Shown: in pieces, positions 1-13,074 of the stretch | Position numbering within the stretch: the stretch's first letter is position 1 | Layout: every line of letters starts with the position of its first letter | Assembly (NCBI RefSeq): GCF_000981445.1 | Contig: NC_027217.1 | Coordinates: forward strand, 1,364,001 to 1,428,000 | Direction: 5' to 3' | Length of the DNA stretch: 64,000 bases | Origin: Babesia bigemina | Lineage: Eukaryota | Made by a program: the position numbers and the translations under genes | The notes under the pieces: generated by a model | What the model was told of the DNA's origin: nothing | What the model saw: the letters and a program-made list of their open reading frames with translations, nothing else | Database searches by the model: none

Positions 1-923
1 AGCAGACCGATAGTGCCGAAGCTTGCAGCATTCATGTTCTTGCACTTCTCAAAGGCTTCCGTAAGATCGGTGTCCATTTGGTTGTAGGATTCGATAGAGA
101 TAACAGAGTCGGTCAGATGAGTGTCGGTGACGATAATTTTTTTCAATTGACCCTGCACTGCATGACCATCAATCGCTTCTATGGGTTCAACACTAGGCAC
201 TTTTTCTTTCACCCATTCCATCACCTTGGTCTTAATAGCCGTCTTGTCGTTGTCGTTCGAGGTTGGCATGTCCTTGATCGAATTGTACAATGCGTAAAGG
301 TCATCCTTAAATGGAGTCATAACGAAACGCAAGTTCAACAAGTCATCATTGTCCGATGTGTTTGCAGCTGCTTGAGTAAGTGCTAGTCCCGTTGAAGAGC
401 CGGCTACGCCTGACGCGGCGCCTTGAGGTACTTCAGCCTTTTCGGTTTCGATTTTCTTAGCATATTCGCCGAAAAGCTGAGTCAACAATGTATGAACACT
501 TTTACCAACTTCGGTCAAAGCTTCTTTCACCTTATTTGCTTGATCGCTGTTAGTTTTGACGGCAGTGGATTTCAGCCAACTTGGCAGGGTAGACCGAGCC
601 ACAGCACCCTCAAATCTTTGCGGGTATGCAGCGCTCAGAACTTCGGCCCATTTCTGAAAAAGATCATTTGAAGAACGGCTGATGGCCCCGTGTACCGCTG
701 TTAGCAATTCTGCCTTGAAGCCATCATCTTTCATCAATTTCATGACGACCGTGAAACGCTTCTCGGTGCTAGTAAAGATATCAGTGTACTTGATGTCTTG
801 AACCTTAGCGCTGGCCTCGACAGCCTGCTGTTGTGCCTCACGACCCGCCTCCTGCTGCGGCGCAGCTGCAATGAGCCTGATCTGGCTGATAGCCAGAATA
901 GCCAAAGAAAGAACGCACTTCAT
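1..923 (-). CDS. GPI-anchored surface antigen family member 1 (3'-partial, runs off window start)
   Basis: Manually translated from ATG at 923: MKCVLSLAILAISQIRLIAAA signal peptide, then ...YTDIFTSTEKRFTVVMKLMKDDGFKAELL...GKSVH...DDLLNLRFVMTPF...CKNMNAASFGTIGL. Same motifs as the ORF at 1904..2869. Absent from the ORF track because the stop lies outside the window. Confidence 0.9.
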   Translation of the reverse strand, partial: MKCVLSLAILAISQIRLIAAAPQQEAGREAQQQAVEASAKVQDIKYTDIFTSTEKRFTVVMKLMKDDGFKAELLTAVHGAISRSSNDLFQKWAEVLSAAYPQRFEGAVARSTLPSWLKSTAVKTNSDQANKVKEALTEVGKSVHTLLTQLFGEYAKKIETEKAEVPQGAASGVAGSSTGLALTQAAANTSDNDDLLNLRFVMTPFKDDLYALYNSIKDMPTSNDNDKTAIKTKVMEWVKEKVPSVEPIEAIDGHAVQGQLKKIIVTDTHLTDSVISIESYNQMDTDLTEAFEKCKNMNAASFGTIGL

Positions 924-1103
924 CCTGCCAATTAATCAGTTGATGGCTAGAAAAGAACCAACACAGAATACAATTCGGAGTGAATACAAAGGTGGTGTGT
1001 GCGGTGGTGCACACCCTCCGTTGGAGTGCTAGACAACTGGACGGAAACTTCTCGGTCCCATTCCGCGGTGTGCTTGTTAGCGACCTAAGAATCTAGACGA
1101 ATA

Positions 1104-1983
1104 TTTCAATATAAACGTTCCGCTCCTCTATCCACTGGGAACGCTTATGTAGGACATGAATACGTTTTCGTGCTTGCCTTGTAGCATGTGTAAGACACCT
1201 GTGCGTGTGTGGAACCTTCGTAAAAGCCCGTGATTTTCGCTATTGGTTGTGTAGTGTGCGTATGTGTTCACTGTCCCCGGAATCCTGCGCATAATGCCGG
1301 TCTGGGTCGGCGCCGCAACACCGTGTCTTTCGCAGCTACAGGCGTGTTTGTCAATGGCTCTCGAACTTTGTGTTGTACTATTAGCCGTGATGTGCACATG
1401 TTAAAAGCTTGGTTTGCATTATGATCCGCTCTTGAATGGCCACTTTCATTGCTGCAGTTAGTAGTCCGGCATCCAGTACTATTGTATGTTGTGGGCAACG
1501 GCAAGGCTTGAATGCGCTATACGTTCCCGCTGCTGGTGACCTCTAAGTGTTGTGCGATATAAAACATTATGCTGTCACAGATAGTTGCGATTGTGGGCGG
1601 CGCTAGGTGGTGCTGCGTGCACCGCAGTTTGTTGTGTAGTCGTGAGTTATTTAATTCCCTTGGTCTTCGAGGCCGGAACCATCAGCGTTACTTTTTATAA
1701 GCGTCACCATCAACGCAGCACCGCACGAATCTTATGGCTGGCATCCTATGGCGCGGGTACATCGTCCGCCTCTAAGCAGTAAATTGCATATGAAATGAGT
1801 ACCTCCGGACACCGAGGAGGGGCTGATCAACTTTGTCCGGTGCATGCAGTAATCTAAAATTTAACGAACGTAAAGTAAAATCTTAAGTGTAATTAAATAC
1901 TGATTACCACATGGTGAAGGCGATAACAGCAGCCAAGAGCAGGCCCATAGTGCCGAAGCTTGCAGCATTCATGTTCTTGCACC
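1104..1983. repeat. Antigen-locus intergenic cassette, copy 1 (includes the GPI-tail coding end of the gene at 1904..2869)
   Basis: Near-identical to ~31133-32010 (offset ~30028-30029). Partial copies begin at ~29535, 33068, 37301, 40388, 42551 and 45620. Confidence 0.95.
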
Positions 1984-2869
1984 TCTCGATTGATTCAGCA
2001 AGTTTCGAATCCACATGGTTGTAGGCATCAAAGGACAAAGCAGTATCTGCCAGGTGCTTCTCGGAACCACATAGCTTTTCCAACACTTCCCTAACAGTTT
2101 CAAATACCATATGTTCTTTGGGTTTAACGCTACGTACATTTTCGGTCAACCATTTTTTAATTTCCTCAACTAAAGCATTGCGTTCCTCTACAGTCTGCTG
2201 TTTCTTATCCTTGATCAAGGTATAGAGAGCAGCGATATCTTTAGCAAAAGGGGGCATGACGAAACGCAGGTTCAAGAAATCTTCATCATTTTGATCATTT
2301 TCTGCAACAGTAGTTTCGGAAGTCGCAACTGATCCAGTAAGACCCGTGTTACCCTGAGCCAAATTTTCTGCTTCTTTCCCGGCTTCAGGTTTTACGGGAG
2401 CACTTTGTACCTGTTCGGAAAAATTCTCGAAAAGATTCACAAATAACTTGTGGATGCTTTTACCTGATTGCAGCAAAGCATTCTGTACAGCTCCAGCCTG
2501 ATGGCTGATAACGCGGTTTGTAGCAGAATCCCTGATCCAGCTTGGCACTGGCTCCACAACCTGGCCGGAAGCGGCTCGAGCACCTTCGCTTAATAGTGGC
2601 GTGAACCTTGACAAAAACTGGGTTGAAACTTTGTTGATCTCGGCATTCGCCTTTTCCAAAAGTTCAGTCTTAAAGCCTTCGCCTTTCATCAACTTCATTA
2701 CCGCCTTGAAACGCTTCTCCACAGTCGGAATGACATCATTGTAATTGATATTGTCACTCGGAGTGTTTTCAGCCTTCGCCGGTGCTGCAGAAGCCTGCTC
2801 CTCAGCAGCCGCCAAAATGAGATTGATCTGGCTGAAAACCAGAAGAGCGAAAGAGGTCACCAACTTCAT
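1904..2869 (-). CDS. GPI-anchored surface (merozoite-surface-antigen-like) protein, family member 2, 321 aa
   Basis: Intronless ORF with an N-terminal signal peptide (MKLVTSFALLVFSQINLILAA) and a C-terminal GPI-type signal (NAA small residues then FGTMGLLLAAVIAFTMW). Paralogous to three other ORFs in the window. Confidence 0.9.
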   Translation of the reverse strand: MKLVTSFALLVFSQINLILAAAEEQASAAPAKAENTPSDNINYNDVIPTVEKRFKAVMKLMKGEGFKTELLEKANAEINKVSTQFLSRFTPLLSEGARAASGQVVEPVPSWIRDSATNRVISHQAGAVQNALLQSGKSIHKLFVNLFENFSEQVQSAPVKPEAGKEAENLAQGNTGLTGSVATSETTVAENDQNDEDFLNLRFVMPPFAKDIAALYTLIKDKKQQTVEERNALVEEIKKWLTENVRSVKPKEHMVFETVREVLEKLCGSEKHLADTALSFDAYNHVDSKLAESIERCKNMNAASFGTMGLLLAAVIAFTMW

Positions 2870-4206
2870 CTTGCTAGCTTATTTATCACGCGCCTATTAT
2901 TTAAAACTTGTTTATGGTAAAACGATTACTACATGCGCTGTATAAAAGGTAAATAAACCCTTCTACCGTGTAGGGGTGTGCGACATCAGCAATGACCATG
3001 GGTGGTGCTAATACGCTGAATGGCACGAAAAACCGCAAGGCACATATGTGCTATTTGCGGCAATTCTAACACACTTTTATGTCGTATGTTATATGTATGA
3101 GAATGCACAAAAATCACGTATCCTGATGTGCTGGAAGGCACACATCGTCCCGCGTGGCTCCGCGCCGTTCTTGTAACGCTCGGCTTCCAGCGCAACATGC
3201 GACATATAGCGTTAGGTAGTGTGTAGAATGATGCAGACCGCAGTTCGGTGTTAAATTTCCGCAGGATGCACATTGATATGCACCCTGTCGTACCCTTGCC
3301 AAGGGGATGCCTATCGGCGATGCTCAGCAATAACGGTACTGCCACCCGCATGGCGTTACATTATACACCAGTCGCATGTTTAGCAGCCGGTAACTACGTG
3401 ATGCCGTCAAGGTTACGCGGTGATTGCCAATACGATAGCGATATGTCATAGAATCCATTAGTTGATGCACTCTGCATGTTTTAGATAAATATATACATTC
3501 TAGACTCTAGTACGTCTGATGGCGTGATTATGAGCTTCTATGATGTAAATCGACGATAAATAACCGATACTGACGTGTGGAAGTCTACAGCAACCACAAT
3601 ATGACGGGATGCGACATTGCATGCTGTATGACAATACAGCGTAAACGAGAGCACCAATGTAAAATTAGGTTCTCCAAATGCAATGACCCATGAAAGTACC
3701 TACTAATACCGATGACAGCTGATTACTACTGAGTAATAAGGCTGGAATCCGCCCCGTGTATGTTGTGGTGAGCAGTGTTGGACATTACGTTTAATCAGGC
3801 CGGATATCCACCTCCGTCTAACTAACCGTAGTGCTCAGTGCCTGCCATTGAAGATTGAAAAACCTCATGAACCGTAATTTCCGACTGCTTTGACGTCATG
3901 AACATATCGCAGTACCACTCTTGTGTCTACAGCATACAGGCACCCATCTTCACTAAGCAGCGAAAGGCTTCAATTTCTGTCACATCTTCGTATGATATGC
4001 GGCGTGATAGCCATCACCATCCACCTCTTATGCACAAAAAGCAGCACAATATTCACGGAAAATGAAAATGATTGATGTTCCGCAAGGCCTGCTTCACGAA
4101 CGCCCATGGCGGTCACTACACGCCAACAACAAACCCATGCACGTAATCACAGCAGGCCCCAATTCCACATACTGCCTATTGGTGAGATATTTAAGATTTG
4201 TCGATA

Positions 4207-7200
4207 TCAGAGGAGCTCAATCTGCCTCTGCTCTCCCCTTGTTGCCTGCTGTTGCTGGGAGTTTGACGCTGCGCGGTTCCCGCTGAGGTAGTTCAACAAC
4301 GTGGGTTCGTCCTGCTCCTGCTCCGCGTCGATAAACCCGAGCTCCGGCTCGAATCTACCACCAAACCCGGCTCCACGCTGTGCCGCCTTCTTGGCGTTGA
4401 CCGGGGTGTAGGCGACGTAGTTGAACTGCTTGAAACCGTAGTTGTGGAAGAGGTGCTTCAACTTGTCGTTGTGGGATATGTAGACAATGGCCATCATTAT
4501 GATGGCAAGCACCATGATTGTGGACAACACGGCCTTGCTTCCCTTCGACAGCGGCGAGTGTGGCGGGCACGGCACGGCAACCTGGTGTGGAATCCACCCG
4601 GCTGTGCAGACGTCTCCAGGGATTTTGCGGTATGCATCGGCCCAGAAGAAGCTAGAGGAAGTGCACCCTTCGCGCATAAGCCATGTGCCGTCGATTTTGC
4701 ACGTATTGCTTCCGATAGCGCGCGTAAAGCCAATTTCACACTCGTAATCGTCAGGGGTGCAGTTGCAAACCTCCCTCTCCACTGTGGCCCTGAACTCCTT
4801 ACCGTTGAAACATTCTGAGGCCTGCTTGCGGCGTTTGTAGACCATTTTACGCCCCAGCAAACAGTGGTTTCCATGAGGGTCGGTCGGATGCCACGTCTCG
4901 TAATCGCTGGAGCTGGAGTCTATGCTCCATATGCCCTTGCAGAGTGGCTGCCCGAGCGAGCTGAAGTCCAGGTGGAACGCAACACCGATCCCATTTCTGT
5001 TGCCGTAGAGTATGAAATTCAACGATGAGCACTTTGGCTCGATGACAACGTTGTTCACACTGACGTCGTGTTTGCTGAGGCTGAAGTCAAACCAGGTGGC
5101 GCCCTCGTTCCACGAGAATATAACCTCCTTCGTTTTCTTTTGGTCCTGCGCCATAACTATGAGCCCTCCGTAGTCACCAAACTCGTAGATGAAGGCACCC
5201 TTGTGGGCCTCCGTCCACGTGAGGCCTCCATCTCTGCTGAGGAAGGTGTTGACCTGTGACGGGTCAAACCTGAGCCTGTCGCCGACGTTACCGGTTGCTA
5301 GTACCAGACCGGTCGCCTGTTCAACGGAGTAGAAGGGCGCGAAGTTCTTGTACTGCGTGATGCCGTGCAGGTGCAGGAAGCACTTGCCCTCCTCACAGTC
5401 GTATGGCTTGCCCTCGGAGTTGACTTTTGGGGGTTGGAGGTAGTGCCACTCCGCACCCTTGTTGAATGACACAACGGTGCGAATGTTGGGTTCCACCTTG
5501 CTGTGTGAAACGTGCCTGTTGCGCTTCTGGTCGATCTGTGTTTTGGTGCCGTCGAGGTGCGTCTTGAATTTGTTCCTCGGGTTGAGCATTCCGCCGGAGT
5601 CATCCCTAAAGTTGGCGATATACACACCTTCTAGTGAGTAGACCTTGTCGAATTCACACTCTCCGGAAGCCGACCGGATGTTGTTGGGTAGCGATAGTGA
5701 GTAGCGCAGACCCGAGGCATCAGAGATGTAGACGTTGCCAACCTCAATATCCCCGCCTTCGTACTCATGGCCCACGTGAATGATAACAGCGCCCTCAGAC
5801 GTATCCAGTATGGTGTAGCTGCGCTCCTCAAGTTCTACCGGAAGCTCTGCCTTATTGAACGTGACCGCGTTGTCAGTGCTGACGTATAGGTTTACGGTTT
5901 GCCTGACGGGGTCGGCGACCCTCGCCACGAACACGTAGTTCCCCGAGACCAGGAACTTGTTACCACCCTCCATTATGACGCTGGAGCTGTATCCGAAGTC
6001 ATCGGTGCACATGAAGCTGATGCCGTTGTTCCATCCATCCTGCTTGGGCTGGTCTCCGGACTCGATGGAGTAGCGACTGTAGTAGATGCGATCCTCGGAG
6101 TTGGTGGTGATGTCTCCCCAGCTGAACTGCGCCACGTACCTGGCAACCCTGTCGAACGTTCGTCCCATGTCCCGTGTTACGAAAATGGAATGGACACAGT
6201 CCTCGTCATTTTCATTGGCGAAGCATGCCCCCTCCCAGGAGCTGAGCAAGGCCCAGGATGGTTTCAACGGATGGAACAACCACATGTTGATGGTCCCCTC
6301 GAACTCCAACCGTACGAAGCTGCGCCCCGCATTGCCAGAAATGAAATGCGTTTTCGAGTCTCCGATTACAACCACGACATTTTTGTCGGTCTCGCACACG
6401 ACGACAGAGTCGACTTTGTAGCTGCCGTTACGCGCGCTTCCCTGGAATAGGTGCGTGATTTCCGTCCACTGTATGCCTCCGTCTGACGAGCGGTACAGCC
6501 TTCCGCTCTGCGTTTTGAGGAGCACAGTTGTGTGGTTGTTGCCACACCACACGAGATCGTCGATGAGGCTGTCGAAGCTGATCTCAGTGACTGACACCTT
6601 CTTGCCAGCTGCAACTCCCGTAGCGCTCTCGTTAGCAGACGGCTCCGCTCTGTAAAACACGTGAGTGTTTGGCGCAATAAATCGCACATATATCCAAGAT
6701 GAACATTACAACGCAATCGTAAAAACTTGCGAGGCTGCATTCCATGCCCATTATAGCACGTAACACCAAGTATCACTTCGAAATATCTCAATGTAAACTC
6801 AAAACACGGAGCAACATCGAATTCTTAGCCGGCGTACTCCCAGCACGCGCCAAGTTGGCGACAGCACCGCTGCGTGGAGCCCCTCATTACGGCATAGAAT
6901 GAGAGGGTGAAACAAACCCATTAAGCAATAACATCAAAAACTAGAGCACAAATGTATATGGAAGGAGCGCATGTAACCATCTGCAGTCACGGTTCAGGCA
7001 ACGTCTACGGGGACGCCGTCGGAGCAAAGCGAACGAATGGACTATTTACGCAGCTCAGACAAAGGCAATACCACGTCACACCACCATATTCTATCGATAT
7101 AAGCGCAACGAAAACAATGCGCCGCATACGTAACACAACACTGCCGATAGACATGCAGCGGCTTAGGCAATCACATAGGGGCACGGCATCCGCAACTTAC

Positions 7201-7388
7201 ACTGCCGCCACCTTCGCAGGCTCTTGCAAAACAGCATTCGCTGGATGCGTCGGGTCATCGTGTTTCACCGGCGTCGAGATGTCTAGGTGCGAGTTAATCT
7301 TGTTCTCTGGCACGGGCGCGCCGACATCTTCCGCGGCGGCGGAAAGCAACAGCGCGGGCAGTAGCGCAAGGATCAAGCGCGGCACCAT
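4207..7388 (-). CDS. VPS10: Sortilin / VPS10-domain sorting receptor (2 exons: 7388-7201, 6649-4207)
   Basis: BNR/Asp-box repeats (YRSSDGG, TRDMGRTF, STDNAVTF, SFNKGAEW, SRDGGLTW), Cys-rich 10CC region, TM helix and a cytosolic tail ending in dileucine (QIELL). The signal-peptide exon (ORF 7197..7388) splices in frame: GTAAGT donor at 7200, TTTTACAG acceptor ending at 6650. Confidence 0.92.
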
Positions 7389-8508
7389 TTCTGTGCGTCC
7401 TCGTTACTGTAAAGTTCGTTTGCGGTAGCAATGTCCTCCGCTACCGTAGGGCCGCCTTGCTCCGGGCGAGTAGGTCTTTTCGTGGCCGCTTCCCCGGCAC
7501 ACTGCCCGTTGCGATATTCACGTGCGCTGCGCACACACCAGCGAAACAGTGTCGCTTTTCCGGTGAAATCACCGTTCTATATCGACGTCGCACGTCGCTG
7601 GCAGCGGAAGAAAAAAACTAGTGGTTCGGCGTGGGTTGTGTGTTATCGGGTGACGGTGTTGTCTGTCGCGTGCCCTTTATCGACTCAGTGGGCGTGCGCG
7701 CGTTTTCCACTGGGCTGTGGCTCGTACTGCTCTGCCGATGTGTGTGTTGTGTCATCGAGCGTTTGGCGACGACGTCGACTGGAATCGCGTTAGACAACGT
7801 CCACTGTTCTCCACACGGTTGTTTCGTCGAACACACAGCACCATCCGTTGCCGGCCCTTTGCTACCGAAGGCGCCCGCACCTTGCCACCTTTCGGTTGTT
7901 GACTGATACGTGAGATTAACAGCTACGGCAGCCGGAGCGCTCCCTTGAGAGCAGAGGAGTCGGCACGTTTGCGTCGTCCAGTACGGAATACGCCGCAAGA
8001 AACAGATATGCTGGCGCCATAGAACGATTTTTGCGGGTAAAACCAGCGTGATTCCACTGCAGCTCCCATTAACGTGAATGACGGCGGCAACCGGGGTGGA
8101 CACGTAAGCAATTCTCTGTCGTCGCAGCCTGTTTTGCGGCATCTACCCACTATAGTAACACTTAATGCACTATGCACTGTTATTACAGCACTTTCATCAC
8201 GGATGATGCTCGGTACCTTATGCAACCGCTCACTTCAGAGCCTTTAGACACGAATTCGCACGGGAAGGCGTCGTTGGATGAAAACAAATGTGTAGATTTG
8301 CACGCAGACTTCCGACTACTGCAACACCACACCACCGCCAACTACCTTCGTATTGCCCTGTTTATGAATTTGAGTGAGCAAATACGCTAAAACTTGTAAT
8401 GCGGTCAGCCTTCCGCGATGCGTGACGTGTGTGTTGCGCGAGGCGCCGCCCACTAACCTAAGGTCTGACCGCGTAGGCGGATTTCCCGTCGCGCCGCTTT
8501 CCAGACGC

Positions 8509-11461
8509 ATGGCTTTGAGCTGCGAATCCGGCGTATGGAGAGGAGTAGCCGGTAGGTGCGCCGCTGCGGCTTTACGCCTTCTAGCAGCGTTGCTGCTGTG
8601 CCGCTGCTGTCTTCTACCGCTTGCCGCCGGCACGCTCGACGTGGACAAAAACGTCGGCGCTCCCAAGGAGCTAACCATCGTGTCTGCCACCGAGTATGAC
8701 CGCGAAGAGTTGCAGGTGGGCGTCTTTTGTTAGTTCGCACATCGCTCCGCAGAAGCTCACCGAATTCCGGCAGCGCCACCGGAAAACCGTGGACGGCATG
8801 CTCTGCGCTGCCGCGTTTGTGCGCAATGGGAAAACGTTCACCGACTGCACGACTTCTGAGGCTCCCGACGGCTCTGTTGGCAGGGAGTGGTGTTACGTCG
8901 AGGTGCAGCTGGTCGGCGTAGGCTTTCGCGACTGGGACTTCTGCGCCGGAGTAGTTGACTATGACGTACTGCGGTCGAAAGCCACGCTGCTGTCACAGTT
9001 GAAGGCCTCGGAGCTCGCCCATTCGGTGCTGCAGCTGTCATCGGAGGAGAGGTTGGTGACGTGCAGCCGAGCATTTCACACACTTCAGCCGTCTCACGAG
9101 AACGCTATCGCACTTCCACGAAGTATGTGGCCGCGGTGCTGAGTCGCACGAGATCGAGCTGCACGAGTTATCGCATGCACTGCATGGTTTGGAGCGTGCC
9201 CTTCAGCAGGTGAAGGCCAATTCGCGAACACTGCAGACCCTGACCGAGCAGCACGAGGCGCTGGAAGAGCGCCTTGCTATTGCGAGGAAGAACGCTCTCA
9301 ACGACAAGCGGAACTGCGCCTTCGTTCAGGGTTACACTCCCGCGGTTGGTTAACCATCTAAACTCTGGTGAGCATTGTGCACAGGCTGTCGGCGACGGTA
9401 TCCGAGCCAGCTATTTCGACAACCCGTACTTCAGGGGCCCGCCCGTCGGATTTTTCGACCATCCACACCTCGCCGTGACATTCGACGAGGTGCTGCCAGT
9501 GGGCGGGGTTGACATAAGATCGTTCTCCGTGCGTTTCGAGGGCTACTTGCGGGCGCCAGTTTCCGACACGTATACAATCTGGGTTGATGCGGACTGCAAT
9601 TTCCGGCTGTTTATCGACGGCGAGCTCGTTGTTGAGCATGGTCTGGAGGGCCACGCAAAGTTCACGGCGGCGTTCAGCCCCGTTGGGGTGGTTGCGCTCG
9701 ACGGTCGCTCGACATCGTCGTCGCACCTCGCGTCGCGGAAGTTGCTTCTGGACGGCGGGAAGCGCTACCCGATTGTCCTGGAGTATTCCCACCAGAGCGT
9801 CCTGAAATACCGCGATGAGAAGGTCGCCAGGATCTCCGTGAGCTGGGGCACGGCCACCCGTCCTCAGGCCGTGATTGGTGGCGAACACTTCTTCCGCAGT
9901 CGCGAGTCCGGCGAGGCCTTGGTGATAAGCGGGATTGAAGCTAGACTATTCGACCTGGCTATGCTGGAGAACGGCGCGCAGGCGTTCCTTCACGTCACTA
10001 ACCTGGTGGTGGCCGATGTCCCGGACCGGTTCCGCGGTGCGCGCATGATACGCACCGTTCTGAGGCCGGATTTCGACAGCGTCACTTTCCACATATCGCA
10101 CGACGCCGTGGTTTATGTTGCGTTATCTGCCCACGCCTCCTTCATCCCGGTTGGTTCGTCAATCTCATGTTAAACGTGCCGCAGACAAACGCGGAGGACG
10201 CGTCGTTGTTCGAGCGAAGCAGCGAAGTAATTTCGGTCTACGGCGTCGGTGACAACTGTGTATGTGGCAGCGTGAACAATGCACATGCGTCTGCAGGAGG
10301 AGGCCCTGAGCCAGCAGGAGTTCGTGGTCTACTACCGGCGGGTCAAGGCCGGTGTCGTGAAGCTGCAGCTCCTGGCTGAAACGTCCTTCTTTATTTTCCT
10401 GCAACCCACAATGGCGAACATCGTGTGCCAGGACGATTTGGAGTTCCTGCCCTTCAAGAACGGCGACCAGTGCGCAGCGTCTTCATCGTCCTCTGCCGCA
10501 TTCGACTGCACCAAAGGTTTTGGAGGTGGCCACTGGCGGTCCGGGTCCAGCCGCTCGTCAGCTCAATGGCTGACGCGCACGTTTGCGAACCCGGTGGAAT
10601 TGTCGTATTTCCACTTCTCGGCGTTGGATGGCAGTGGGCCCATGCGTGCACGTGTGGTGTTCCCCGACGGCGCCGCCGAAGAGTTCGAGCTGCAGTCCCA
10701 GCTCCGCTACGACTTAGGCTACCACGGCGTGATCGACTCGCTGCGTATCGAGATAGAATCTGCAAACACCGGCGACTCGGTCGAAGCAGGCGAGTCTGAC
10801 TGGACCCTCGGCGGCACCTTCGCTCTTTACGGGCGGCAATGCGGATCGAAGACCGTGGTGGAGGACGCAATTCGGTTTCCCATTCACATCGATTTCTGCC
10901 AGGCCAATGAATCCTGCGGGTCGCAGTACGTGGACCTGGGCCATGCCAAGGGTGCGCACGGCAGGTTATCGTACGGATGGGGCGCCACCAATATCATCAC
11001 TGCTCTCGGTGATGTCCCGTTCTGCACGTCTCGGTACCACACAGCGACTGCGGAAGGCGGTATCGATTCCAGCAGCCAAACTGCCTTTGGGCGCATGCTC
11101 AAGGGTCGTTCGGGTTTGCCTCTGGGCAGTGGGCAGTGGTGGACGTTGGACGTCCCTGAACACGGCGTCTATATCGTGGAAGTGCTGCTGGCCGCCCTCT
11201 GTACCCACGTACAATCCGCCTCGCTGCAGTTGAACGGCGTCGAGGTGCTAGAGGTGAGTGCGGTATCATACGCCTAACAGTCCTACAGGGCGAGTCGCTG
11301 CAAGTCGGCCAGTCCGTCGAGGTAGGTGATTGCATTTTGCGCGTGACACCACTCAGTTCCACGGGAGGATATCGCTGGAGCGCGTGGGCTTCGTGGAGCT
11401 GCGTTCGAAGTCGACGGGGCTCTTCCTGATTGGCCTGTCCATATACCCCTCCAACATATAG
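8509..11461 (+). CDS. FNPA: FN2 + PA14 (anthrax PA) multidomain adhesin, FNPA/LAP5-like (CCp family), multi-exon
   Basis: Signal peptide; FN2-like domain (RKTVDGMLC...DCT...REWCYVE...DWDFC); PA14 domain (GIRASYFDNPYFRG...FSVRFEGYLRAPVSDTYTIWVDAD...RLFIDGELVVE); discoidin-like region. No LCCL motif seen. Short GT-AG introns (e.g. 8716-8752); last exon ends YPSNI* with TAG at 11459-11461. Internal exon borders are approximate. Confidence 0.75.
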
Positions 11462-11626
11462 ACCCCAACAGTAGACATAAATACCCCTTATAGCCGTGCA
11501 ATGGTTTTACAACCAGCACACAGCCGCTGTGTCCCGGCATGTGTAATTGACCTTCGGGCGTGATCACGGCGGTTTCTGGGCGTTACAGTCGCGCTCTGCT
11601 CCGTCTCACGGCGCCGCGGTCCAGCC

Positions 11627-12116
11627 ATGGCGGACAAGCTGAAGTCGCTCGTCTTCAACTACTACGTGCCCAAAGACGATAATTTAAAACGGTTGGTGCG
11701 CAGCAATCTGGAAGACTACCGCAAGATAGAGGAGGAAATCGACGCTGCCATCGACAAGACCATCGAGGAGTACTCGAGCAAGGTGGGTAATTTGACCGAC
11801 TTCCCCTTGATTCTAGATGTTATTTCAACTTATAGTAACCTGTATGTCTATATACTCGCCATGTGTCGAATCTCTGCGTTAGAGCAGTCCGCCAATGTCG
11901 TTTCAGGACGTGCTGTCGCTCGTGCTTCCAAGCAAACAGAACTGGGACCTCAAACGCAATTTACAGGAATCGCAGAAGCTGCTTGCGATGCGTACCGACA
12001 TGACGATCATGAAGCTGCTTCAGGCCGGCCGAACGAAGGAGGAAATAGACCCCGCTTTGATGGTCCAATTCAATCAGAACGGCATGGAGAGGGATCTGGA
12101 GCAGGAAGACCTTTAA
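11627..12116 (+). CDS. CWF18: Cwf18/CCDC12-like pre-mRNA splicing factor (intron 11783-11906)
   Basis: Spliced product contains LVFNYYVPKD and LPSKQNWDLKRNL...LLAMRTDMTI, matching cwf18 family motifs. The splice sites are canonical and join two ORFs in frame. Confidence 0.7.
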
Positions 12117-13074
12117 GTACAGGCGCTTCAACGATACCGCTAGACCGCGTCTTCCTAACGGAAATGTGCTTTTTGGAACGCTACGGCATGAGCTGAGCAG
12201 CTCTCACGATGCATCCGGCAAAGAAGCCGTTATATTCGTTCAGAGGCTGAACCAATCGCAACAACACGTTTACAATATGTCATATATCGCAGGGTGTACA
12301 AATTGCTTTATCCGTTAGCGCTTGCCTGGCCTTACTGTGAGATGTCTACTGCTCGTGGACGATGTGCGTCACACGTGTAATGCGAACCGTCTAATTTCAT
12401 GCTTCAAAGACAACTAAAAACCACCAGCTAATAGAACGCCCTTTGTCACAGTAAATGTAGTTGAACATAGTTTTCCGCTGCTTGCCTATGTGGTCGGTCG
12501 CGCGACCTCACCACTGTCAAAAATAGGCGGTTATATTTGTGTCAAAGACCGGTTCCACACGGTACGCTGCGCGTATACAATCCCTTTTGTGGAGTGGGCG
12601 CTGTTGCGGTGACCTGGTCGGATATCTGCTGGCTGTGTGCCCATTAGTTAACTCTCGAGCCTTGTGGCTAAGTCGACACTCGTCCAAAAGGGAATTGTAA
12701 CGGTATTTGCGGCGCATCACCCTACAACGTCCCATCGCACAGGTTGTCCTACCTTCAAGCAGATTCGCTGCTCGATATTAACATGTTGTCATGTTTGTCT
12801 AGTGCTCAGGGCGTGAGTTAACTGAATTGTGGACAGGCAGGTGGGTTGACAGGGTTCGTGTATATTTGCGTACGTATGATGCGTCCAGTGCGATCTCTTT
12901 GTATTTCTGGAATCTGCTTTTGTTTTATGTAACTCATTCGTTGATGGTTTAGGCTTGTGAGCTTTCATATACTCCGAATTGTGCTCACTGACACCACTCT
13001 AGATCTGCGTGTGGTCACGCATAGAGCATGTTTCCGCTTTCATATACACACGCAGACCAGATGATACCGTCATA

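Noticed and set aside
1128..1782. Recurrent small ORFs (MHITANSTTQ..., MIFAIGCVV..., MPLPTTYNS...) repeated at several loci
   Set aside because: They recur only because the intergenic cassette is duplicated. Their starts and ends vary between copies, several frames overlap, and no protein features are evident.
2870..4206. Possible RNA gene or ORF in the long spacer between the antigen locus and sortilin
   Set aside because: No tRNA, snRNA or rRNA motifs were recognised, and the short ORFs lack coding character.
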